Assembly (NCBI GenBank): GCA_963755025.1
Contig: CAVWIH010000034.1
Coordinates: forward strand, 96,001-160,000
Length of the DNA stretch: 64,000 nt
Reading direction: 5' to 3'
DNA from: an uncultured Actinomycetes bacterium
GTDB taxonomy: Bacteria > Actinomycetota > Thermoleophilia > UBA2241
In this document: positions 50,838-59,232 of the stretch, piece after piece
Numbering within the stretch: the stretch's first letter is position 1
How the letters are laid out: every line of letters starts with the position of its first letter
The notes under the pieces: generated by a model
The model's database searches: none
What the model saw: the letters and a program-made list of their open reading frames with translations, nothing else
Told to the model about the DNA's origin: nothing
Made by a program: the position numbers and the translations under genes

Positions 50838-51470
50838 ATGTCAAAGGAACTCACGGAGGCCGTGATCGAGCTGCGCGAGCAGGACGCGCTGCAGATCACA
50901 GACCGGCTGCTGGCGGGCGGTACCGACCCGCTCACCATCGTCAACTCGTGCAAAGAGGCCATGGAGGTCATCGGGCAGCGCTTCGCCTGTGGCGAGGCCT
51001 TCATTCCCGAGCTCATCATGGCCGGCGAGATCATGAAGGGCATCACCGCTAAGGTGAAGCCCCACCTCGCTGCACAGGCCGCCTCTGAGAAGATCGGCAC
51101 CGTGATCGTGTGCACCGTGCAGGGCGACATCCACGACATCGGCAAAGACATCGTGGCGAGCATGCTCGACATCGCCGGCTTCGACGTCGTCGACCTGGGT
51201 GTCGACGTACCGGTGACCGTCGTGGTCGACAAGGTCTGCGAGGTGCACCCCGCGGTGGTCGGTCTGAGCGGCCTGCTCACCATCGCCTTCGAGACCATGA
51301 AGGCCACGGTGGCGGCCATCGACCAGGCCGGCCTGCACCAGGGCCTCAAGATCATGGTCGGCGGCGCGCCTGTCAACGAAGACGTGTGCGCATTTGCCGG
51401 CGCCGACGGCTGGGCCAAAGACGCCGTGGGCGCCGTCGACCTTGCCAAGACGTGGGTGGGAGGTGCCTGA
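50838..51470 (+). CDS. corrinoid (B12-binding) protein 1
   Basis: FIPELIMAGE, GDIHDIGK, DLGVDV, GLSGLL, IMVGGA. Confidence 0.93.
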   Translation: MSKELTEAVIELREQDALQITDRLLAGGTDPLTIVNSCKEAMEVIGQRFACGEAFIPELIMAGEIMKGITAKVKPHLAAQAASEKIGTVIVCTVQGDIHDIGKDIVASMLDIAGFDVVDLGVDVPVTVVVDKVCEVHPAVVGLSGLLTIAFETMKATVAAIDQAGLHQGLKIMVGGAPVNEDVCAFAGADGWAKDAVGAVDLAKTWVGGA

Positions 51471-51472
51471 GA

Positions 51473-52816
51473 ATGTTCACTGACGACTGGAACGAGCTCA
51501 CCGCCGATCAGCGGCTCGAGACGCGCCTCGACGCCTGGCAGAACCTGCCGATCGAGTTCGCCTCGCCCGAGGTGGCCAAGGCCTATCACGACCGCGTGCA
51601 GCTTTGGCGCGATGCCATCGCCCTGAAGAAGCCGGCCCGCGTGCCGATCACGCCGTGGCTCGGTCTCTTTCCCATGCGCTACTCGGGTTTCACCGGCCAC
51701 GACGCCTACTACGACTACGACAAGCTGGGTCAGGCGTGGGACAAGTTCCACGCCGACTTCCTGCCCGACGGTTTGGCCATGACGATCGCCATGGTGCCCG
51801 GCAAGGTCTTCGACATCCTCGACTACAAGCTCTACGACTGGCCCGGTCACGGCGTCGGCAACGACGCCAGCTACCAGTACAACGAGCGCGAGTGGATGAA
51901 GGAAGACGAGTACGACCTGCTCATCAACGACCCCTCCAACTACTGGCAGCGCTTCTACGTGCCGCGCATGTTCGGCGCGCTCGATCCCTGGCAGATGCTG
52001 GCGCCCTTCACCGACCTCTGCGAGGCGCCCTTCACGGCGCCCTTCTTCGTGCCCTTCTCGCTGCCCCCGGTCAAGGCCATGCTGCAGAAGATGATGGACG
52101 CCGGCGACGCCGCCATGGCGTGGCTGCAGGCCTTCATGGCGATCGACGGTAAGCAGATGGCGACGCTCGGCATCCCGCAGATGGCGGGCAGCTCGACCAA
52201 GGCGCCCTACGACATCCTGGGTGACACCATGCGCGGCACGCGCGGTCTCATGCTCGACAAGTTCCGCCGGCCCGACAAGGTCAAGGCCGCCATGGAACGC
52301 CTGGCGCCGCTGGCCATCGACTGGGCGCTGCGCTCGGCCGACGCCACCAGGAACCCGCTGGTCTTCATCCCCATCCACAAGGGCGCCGACGGCTTCATGT
52401 CAGACGCCGACTACCGCGAGCTCTACTGGCCCACCTTCAAGACCGTGCTGCTCGGGCTGATCGAGCAGGGCCTGGTGCCGATGGTCTTCGCCGAGGGCGG
52501 CTACAACGAGCGCCTCGAGGTGATCGCCGACCCCGACATTCCCAAGGGCCGCATGGTCTGGATGTTCGACGACACCGACATGGCGCGCGCCAAGCAGATC
52601 GTCGGGGCGCGCCAGGCGATCGGCGGCAACGTGCCGGGCTCGCTGCTCACCATGGGCACGCCCGAGCGCGTCGACGCCTACGTCAAGGACCTCCTCGGCA
52701 AGACGGCCACCGACGGCGGCTTCTTCCTGGGCACCGGCATCGTGTTAGACGAAGCCGACCCGGCCTGCTTCAAGGCCTTCTGCGACGCCGGCCGCACCTA
52801 CGGCGCGACCATCTGA
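51473..52816 (+). CDS. uroporphyrinogen decarboxylase-family (MtaA/CmuA-like) methyltransferase 1
   Basis: PYDILGDTMRG, FIPIHKG..FMS, YWP, FAEG, IGGNVP, GGFFL. Confidence 0.82.
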   Translation: MFTDDWNELTADQRLETRLDAWQNLPIEFASPEVAKAYHDRVQLWRDAIALKKPARVPITPWLGLFPMRYSGFTGHDAYYDYDKLGQAWDKFHADFLPDGLAMTIAMVPGKVFDILDYKLYDWPGHGVGNDASYQYNEREWMKEDEYDLLINDPSNYWQRFYVPRMFGALDPWQMLAPFTDLCEAPFTAPFFVPFSLPPVKAMLQKMMDAGDAAMAWLQAFMAIDGKQMATLGIPQMAGSSTKAPYDILGDTMRGTRGLMLDKFRRPDKVKAAMERLAPLAIDWALRSADATRNPLVFIPIHKGADGFMSDADYRELYWPTFKTVLLGLIEQGLVPMVFAEGGYNERLEVIADPDIPKGRMVWMFDDTDMARAKQIVGARQAIGGNVPGSLLTMGTPERVDAYVKDLLGKTATDGGFFLGTGIVLDEADPACFKAFCDAGRTYGATI

Positions 52817-52927
52817 GTAAACACACGGCATGAACGCCGGGCGTCCGGCGGCGCGACTCATCGGTCGCGCCGCCGGCGCCGCCGGCGTTGACCAGTTCCA
52901 TCCTTTCATCGCCAGCAGGGAGGACTG

Positions 52928-53566
52928 ATGTCGAACGAACTGACCGACGCCATCGTCGGCATGCGCGAAGACGAGGCTCTGGCCATGGTCGCGCGCGACC
53001 TCGACGCCGGCGTCGCGCTCATTGTGGTGCTCGATCAGGCCAAAGAGGCCATGACCGAGTTGGGCCGGCGCTTCGAGTGCGGCGACGCCTTCATTCCCGA
53101 GCTCATCATGGGCGGTGAGATCATGAAGGGCATCAGCGCGCTCGTGAAGCCGCACTTGAAGAGCGCCGACGGCGAGGGTGCGCGGCGCGGCGTGGTGGTG
53201 ATCGGCACGGTGTCCGGCGACATCCACGACATCGGCAAAGACGTCGTGGTGCTCATGCTCGACGTGAACGGCTACGAGGTCCACGACCTCGGTGTCGACG
53301 TGCCGGCGGCCCGTTTTGTCGAGGCCATCGGCGAGTTCTCCCCGCAGGTGGTCGGCCTGTCGGGCCTGCTCACCCTGGCCTTCGATTCGATGAAGGCCAC
53401 GGTCGACGCCATCGCCGCCGCCGGCCTGCGCGACCGCGTGAAGATCATGGTGGGCGGCGCGCCCGCCGACCAGCAGGTGCAGGACTATACCGGCGCCGAC
53501 GGCTGGGGCAGCGACGTCTCGGCCGCCCTCAACTTGAGCGCGCGGTGGACGGGGGAGCGGTCATGA
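52928..53566 (+). CDS. corrinoid (B12-binding) protein 2
   Basis: FIPELIM, GDIHDIGKD, DLGVDV, GLSGLL, IMVGGA. Confidence 0.93.
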   Translation: MSNELTDAIVGMREDEALAMVARDLDAGVALIVVLDQAKEAMTELGRRFECGDAFIPELIMGGEIMKGISALVKPHLKSADGEGARRGVVVIGTVSGDIHDIGKDVVVLMLDVNGYEVHDLGVDVPAARFVEAIGEFSPQVVGLSGLLTLAFDSMKATVDAIAAAGLRDRVKIMVGGAPADQQVQDYTGADGWGSDVSAALNLSARWTGERS

Positions 53567-54823
53567 CGACTCTCACAGGCGAGGAGCTCTATCAGCAGCG
53601 CGAGCAGCGCTTCAACGACATCGTCGCCCTCAAGAAGCCCGACCACGTGCCGGTGATCGGCCACACCATCCACTACTTCGCCGACCTCTGGAAGGGCTAC
53701 TCGCACAAAGAGGCGGGCTTCAACCACCCGCAGCACTACGCCGCCATCAGAGACGCGACCGTCGAGTTCGGCTGGGAGTTCGTGCCGACCAACGCCCTGT
53801 TCGCCGCCGACGGCTACGAAGCCCTCGGCATCAAGCAGCTGCGCTGGCCGGGCGGCGACCTGCCCGACGACGTCGGCTTTCAGTTCGTCGAGGGCGAGTA
53901 CATGGCCGCCGACGAATACGACGAGTTCCTGGCCGACCCCAACGGCTTCACCCTGCGCAAGATCTTCCCGCGCATCGCGAGCAACCTGGCCGGCTTCGAG
54001 CAGGTGCCCGTGCCGCCGCTCTACTTCATGTCGAACACTTACTACCTGCTGAACGTGGGCGGGCCGCTGCTTGGGGCGCCGCCCCTGCGCAAGGCCCTCG
54101 AGAGCCTGCTCGCCATGTCCGACGCCGTGGGCGGCTACTTCGCGGCCGACGCCGTGAACGCGCAGGAGATGGCCGCCCTGGGCTGCCCGCGCACCTGGGG
54201 GGCGCCCGTCATCCCGGCCTTCGACATGGTCTCCGACATGTTCCGCTCGCTGCGCGGCAGCACGCTCGACATGTACCGCCACCCGGAGCAACTGCTGGCC
54301 ACGATCGACCTCATGCAGCAGGCGCAGGTCGCCCTGGCCCTCGATGATCATCCAGGTCACCGGCAATCCCCGGGTGTTCATTCCCATGCACCGCGGCGCC
54401 GGTGGCTTCATGAGCGAGGAGCAGTTCGAGAAGTTCTACTGGCCGTCGTTCAAGGCCCTCGTGCTGGCCATCATCGAGGCCGGCGGCGTGCCGCTGCCGC
54501 TCTTCGAGGGCGACTACACGCCGCGCCTCAAGTACCTGGCCGAGCTACCGGCCGGCAAGGTGGCCGGCCACTTCGACAAGGTCGACCGCGTCAAGTTCAA
54601 GGAGATCCTGGGCGACAAGATGTGCTTCTGGGGCAACGTGCCCGTCTCGCTGCTGTGCACCGGCACGCCGCGGCAGGTCAAAGACGACGTCAGGGAGCTC
54701 GTCGAGCTGTTCGGCGACACCGGCACGCTCATTCTCGACTCGGGGCTCGGCATTCCCGACGAGGCCCGCCCCGAGAACCTCTACGCGCTGCGCGAAGCGG
54801 CCGAGGAGTACGGCGTGTTCTAA
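53563..54823 (+). CDS. UroD-family methyltransferase 2, frameshift near 54340
   Basis: KKPDHVP, AFDMVSDMFRS, then FIPMHRG..FMS, YWP, FEG, WGNVP in the next frame. Confidence 0.8.
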
Positions 54824-54826
54824 GGC

Positions 54827-55715
54827 TCAGGCGCCCGCCGCTTGCCAAGTAGCGATGTACTCCACGCGTGCGCCCGGTGCGGCCGCGTCGGCGCCGACCG
54901 ACGCGGCCGGGGGGCCGTCGAACACCCAGTCGCCGGTGAGGCCAAGCTCCCGGGCCACCAGCTCGAAGTGGCACAGGGCGATGCCCAGGTCGACGCGCTG
55001 CAGGTCGGCCAGGCGCAGCACGGCAAAGAGAGCGCTGCCCTTGCCGTAGCCTTTGGTGCGCTGCAGGTAGAAGTGCCAGTCGGCGCCGCGGCGCACCACG
55101 CGCCAGGGTTGCTTGTTCGAGGCCGAGGGCGCCATGCGCACCGCTTCGAGCGCCGCGGCGAACGGGTCGTGGGGCGCGAGCGCGAGCGGCGCGCCAAAGC
55201 GCTCGTCGAAGAACAGGGAAGAGGCGGGCAGCCTGCGGCTACCCGCCTCGCGCTCACGGATGCGCGCCGCGCCGTCGTCGGCCGGGTAGCCCAGCGAGAT
55301 CACGGCCGGCATGGTCTCGTCGTGGGCGAGGCCGCCCAGACGGGCCGCGAACCTGCCCTTGGTGAAGGTGCCGCCCAGCCAGCAGGTGCCCAAGCCGAGG
55401 CCGGTCGCCTGCAGGATGGCCCGCTCGACCAGGTAGCCGTAGTCCTCGGCGTCGTGGGGTGAGCGGCGCACGGCGCCCACCAGAAAGCCGGTCGCGCCCT
55501 TGATGAAGCCGTAGGTGCCCAGGCGCTTCAGGGCCTCGCGGTCGCCGGGCGCAGCGGCCACCAGGGCGAGGCGCACAGGCGAGCCGAACGGGCCGAGCGT
55601 GTGCGCGGCGAGCCACGTCGGCGAGCTCGCCACGCGTGTCGGCCGCGACGGGCTCGTCGCGGTAGGTGCGGCACGAGTAGCGCGCGTTGATCAGGTCGGT
55701 GGCCGAACGTTCCAT
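54827..55715 (-). CDS. nitroreductase family (TM1586-like), frameshift near 55630
   Basis: INARYSCRTY, LGTYGFIKGA, GLGTCWLGGTF, APSASNKQPW. Confidence 0.82.
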
Positions 55716-55880
55716 GGCGCTAGTGAATCGCGCCGGCGCGCCGGAGTCCAGCGCGAGCCATTGCGACGCGCTTCGCCCGCGCCGCGTCGTCGCCCGCCGT
55801 CGCCCGCGCCGCGCCGCCGCCGTCGCCGGCGGCGCCCGTCGCGCCGCCCGCGGCGGCCACCGCGGCTCGCTGCGATCGGC

Positions 55881-57218
55881 CTACGGCGTCATCCACACGG
55901 GAAAGAGCCCGCGCCCCAGCACGCGCGCACTCGACGGCCGTACCGGGTCGACGAGCACGATGCGCGCCTTCTTGATGTCCAACGGCTTGTCGGACATCGC
56001 CGGCGAAGCGAGCGACATGGTCAGCAGGCGACCGGTCGGCGTCCAGACGAGCCCCTCGAGGCACTGCATAGAGCCGCCCGACGGCGAGAGCAGCGACGTG
56101 AGCAGGCGGTAGCGCCTGCGCAGCGCCGCGTCGTAGACGAAGACGGCGCTCGTGCTGGAGACCGGCGTCGACGAAGCGGCGCCGAAGGCGACCCGAGCGC
56201 TGCGCGGGTCCCACTCCGGCGCTTGCCGTTGGGCGATGCTTTGGCCGGTCGCGCCTGAGAGTTGGAAATCGGTTCCGCTGACTACCGTGAGGCGCTTGCC
56301 CGGCACGGTCGCGACGGTCCAGGAGGCGCCTACGTCGGAGCCCGTGGCGATGTAGGCCAGGTAGCGGCCGTCGGACGAGAGGCGGGGACATGCCCAGGCG
56401 TCCCAGACGTCGGGCCCGTGAGGGATCGCGGACCTGAGAGCGACCGGGGCGGCGTACGGCGAGCGCTGTAGCACGAGCTGTTCGGTCAGCGTGCCGTCGC
56501 TCTCGGAGTACGTGCCCGCGAAGCGGTCGAACACGAGCTGGCCATGGGGCGCGGGCTCGACGCTCGCGCCGCGCACGCCGAGCGCCGCCACGACGCCGCT
56601 GTCGACATCGAGCCGGTAGAGCTGGTAGTTCCACTGTTCGTAGGGAGCGGCGACCGCCGCGGCTGCCACCACGATGGTCGTCGGCGACGTCCAGGCAAGC
56701 GACTGGATGTCGTGCAGGCCATAGCCCAGCGGGCGCCGCACGAGGCTGCGATCACTGAGCCGGAAGATGTCGAGCTCGGCGCCTTGATCGCCCTTGGACA
56801 CGACCAGCGCGACGCGGCGGCGGTCGGGCGACAGCTCGGCGGCGCTCACCGCCGACGGCAGACCGGCGAGCCGGGTCCACGAGCCGCTGCCCGGTGCGAA
56901 CCGCCACAGTGACTGGCCGTGGGCGGTAGCGCGCACGCAGACCAGGACGGCGCCCTTTCCGACGAGGCGCTGCAGCGCGGCGCCCGAGGGCAGCGATACG
57001 GCCGCCGGTACGACCGACGCCGTGGCGGACGGTGCGATGGACGGTGCGATGGATGGCGCGGCCGACGGCGGCGACGCGCTCGATGAGGCCGCTGGAGCAG
57101 ACGACGTTGCTTGCGCCTGGCCCGACGCTGTCGCCTGGCCGCAGGCGGCGGCGACCAGGACAAGTACGACCGGCGCCAAGACGGCGACGGCGAGCTTGAG
57201 CAGGCGTGCTGTCGGCAT
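55881..57218 (-). CDS. lipoprotein with Ser/Ala/Pro linker and TolB-like propeller
   Basis: Lipobox AAACG, LSPDRRRVA, LSSDGRYLAY, WDP, WTPTG. Confidence 0.65.
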   Translation of the reverse strand: MPTARLLKLAVAVLAPVVLVLVAAACGQATASGQAQATSSAPAASSSASPPSAAPSIAPSIAPSATASVVPAAVSLPSGAALQRLVGKGAVLVCVRATAHGQSLWRFAPGSGSWTRLAGLPSAVSAAELSPDRRRVALVVSKGDQGAELDIFRLSDRSLVRRPLGYGLHDIQSLAWTSPTTIVVAAAAVAAPYEQWNYQLYRLDVDSGVVAALGVRGASVEPAPHGQLVFDRFAGTYSESDGTLTEQLVLQRSPYAAPVALRSAIPHGPDVWDAWACPRLSSDGRYLAYIATGSDVGASWTVATVPGKRLTVVSGTDFQLSGATGQSIAQRQAPEWDPRSARVAFGAASSTPVSSTSAVFVYDAALRRRYRLLTSLLSPSGGSMQCLEGLVWTPTGRLLTMSLASPAMSDKPLDIKKARIVLVDPVRPSSARVLGRGLFPVWMTP

Positions 57219-57451
57219 GAGGACCCCCCGGTCGGACCCGTCGGTCGACACAGCATCGCGCACTGACAAAACCTCGCGCAGACGACCTTGTGCTATCGAT
57301 AGTATGGGCCGTTGCGCAGGGGCAGTCCAGAGTCTCAGGTCCCGCCGCTGCGACCGGACGTCGACGGCGTCGAGTCGGCCGCGATCCGGGCGCCGGCGGC
57401 GCGGACGCCGGCGCGAAGACGGATCAGGCGCCGCCGCTGACCTGCGGCGCC

Positions 57452-58234
57452 TTACTGGGGCACGAACCGCGCGACCCCGGGTTCGCTGAGCGGTTCCCAG
57501 ACGCCGCGCACGCCGCGGTGCGCGGCGCCGAGCTCGACGTGCAGCTCGGCGATGCCGAAGTCGAGGGGCGCCGTCCAGTAGAGCTTGGCGGCGCGGCTGA
57601 GCACGAGGCCGTCGTCGTTGTAGCGAAAGCGCCAGGGCTGGCGATTCACGCCCGAGGGCGCCAGGCGCGCCGCCTCGACCGCGGCCCGCGCCCACGACGG
57701 CCAAGCCGGCGCGCCCGGCGCGCCGTCGATGCCGGGGGCGATCTTGTCGAGCGGCAGCCGGGCCGAGGCCCCCACGACGCGCCGCATCAGCCGTTCGCCC
57801 GCGGGCAGGCGCTTGAGCGGGTTGCCGACGGGCGTGAGCGCCATGACACGCTCGCCCGGTACAAGCTCGACCAGGCCGTCGGCGCGCTCCTTGTCGAAGC
57901 TGCCGGCTATCCAGCAGGTGCCAAGTCCCAGCGACGTCGCCTCGAGCACGAGGGCCTCGCCCAGGTAGCCGACCTCGGCCTCGGCGCCGGCGCGGCCCAC
58001 GAAGGCGACGGCCAGCGGCGCCCCGCTCACGGCCCCATAGTTGCCCAGCACGCCGGTGAACAGGCGGTCGACCTCGCTGTCGACCACCACCAGGCGGGCG
58101 CTGGGCGACGGCTGCACGGCGGCGCAGAAGGCGCGCAGATGCGCCGCGGCGTCGGCGGCCAGCGGCGTCGCCGGGTAGCGGCGCTGCGAGCTGCGTACGG
58201 CGATGGCGTCGTACCAGGTTGCGGAAAGCTCCAT
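57452..58234 (-). CDS. nitroreductase family protein
   Basis: AIAVRSSQRRY, GLGTCWIAGSF, APSGVNRQPW, DFGIAELH. Confidence 0.85.
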   Translation of the reverse strand: MELSATWYDAIAVRSSQRRYPATPLAADAAAHLRAFCAAVQPSPSARLVVVDSEVDRLFTGVLGNYGAVSGAPLAVAFVGRAGAEAEVGYLGEALVLEATSLGLGTCWIAGSFDKERADGLVELVPGERVMALTPVGNPLKRLPAGERLMRRVVGASARLPLDKIAPGIDGAPGAPAWPSWARAAVEAARLAPSGVNRQPWRFRYNDDGLVLSRAAKLYWTAPLDFGIAELHVELGAAHRGVRGVWEPLSEPGVARFVPQ

Positions 58235-58408
58235 GGGGGCCATGATAACCGCAGCCGGGGAGACGCCGTTAGCGACGGTCTCAGCCCTCGGGGAGCGCGG
58301 CGGAAACGTGCCGGCGCGGCCCCGAACAAGAACTTTTGTCCACGCCTCCGTTCGTGGAACACAAGAGGTGAAAGACGGTTCACCGCAAAGTAGGAAGGCG
58401 GTCGATTC

Positions 58409-58762
58409 ATGAGTGACGCACACGCCGCTGCAGAAGAGCGCTACGAGAGCCTGTGCCGGTCGTTTCTCGATCAGCCGGGCGTGACCCGCGAGTCAAAGGA
58501 CAGCCCGCAGCGCACGGGCTTCGGCTCGTCGGCGCTCAAGGTCGACGACAAGATCTTCGCCATGCTCGTGAAGGGCTGGCTTGTCGTGAAGCTGCCGCAG
58601 CACCGCGTGGACGCACTCGTGACGATCGGCGACGGCGAGCGCTACGACCCGGGCGGCGGCCGCCTCATGAGGGAGTGGGTGACGGTGGGCCCGCAAGCCG
58701 AGGCGCAGTGGACCGACCTGGCCCGCGAGGCCCACGACTTCGTGTCGCAGCGAGCGGCCTGA
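58409..58762 (+). CDS. TfoX-N/MmcQ-like small protein
   Basis: GFGSSALKVDDKIFAML, LVVKLP, RLMREWV. Confidence 0.75.
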   Translation: MSDAHAAAEERYESLCRSFLDQPGVTRESKDSPQRTGFGSSALKVDDKIFAMLVKGWLVVKLPQHRVDALVTIGDGERYDPGGGRLMREWVTVGPQAEAQWTDLAREAHDFVSQRAA

Positions 58763-58808
58763 GGGCGCCGCCGGCTCGCCACGGCAGTCACGAGGGGAAC
58801 GGTGGCGC

Positions 58809-59204
58809 ATGGAACTGACGACGGTCGAGAGCCCCTACACCGTGAGCGACACGACCGCGCGCCTGATGGCCGCCGTCTTTCGGCGCGGCATCACGGTCTT
58901 CGCCCGCATCAACCACGCCGCCAACGCGCGCGCCGTCGGCCTGCGCATGGCCGACGAGGAGGTGCTGATCTTCGGCGACCCGCGCGCCGGCACGGTGCTC
59001 ATGCAGGCCGACCCGCGGGTGGGGTTCGAGCTGCCGCTGCGCGTGGTGGTGTGGAGCCAGGGCGGCGTCACGCGTATCGGCTACCAAGCGCCCGAGAGCC
59101 TCGCCGGGAGCTACGAACTGGCCGACCGCACCGAGGTCCTGCGTCGCATGGCCGCCCTGCTCGCCGACCTGACTTCAGAGGCGACCATGCGCGGCGCGGC
59201 GTAG
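58809..59204 (+). CDS. DUF302 protein
   Basis: VFARINHAANA, VLIFGDPRAGT, ELPLRV. Confidence 0.85.
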   Translation: MELTTVESPYTVSDTTARLMAAVFRRGITVFARINHAANARAVGLRMADEEVLIFGDPRAGTVLMQADPRVGFELPLRVVVWSQGGVTRIGYQAPESLAGSYELADRTEVLRRMAALLADLTSEATMRGAA

Positions 59205-59232
59205 CCGCGCCGCGCAGGCGCCCGCGGCTCCC

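Noticed and set aside
55780-55860. CGCC/CGTC-rich tract as a structured RNA
   Set aside because: Low-complexity GC sequence with no distinctive loops, promoter or terminator.
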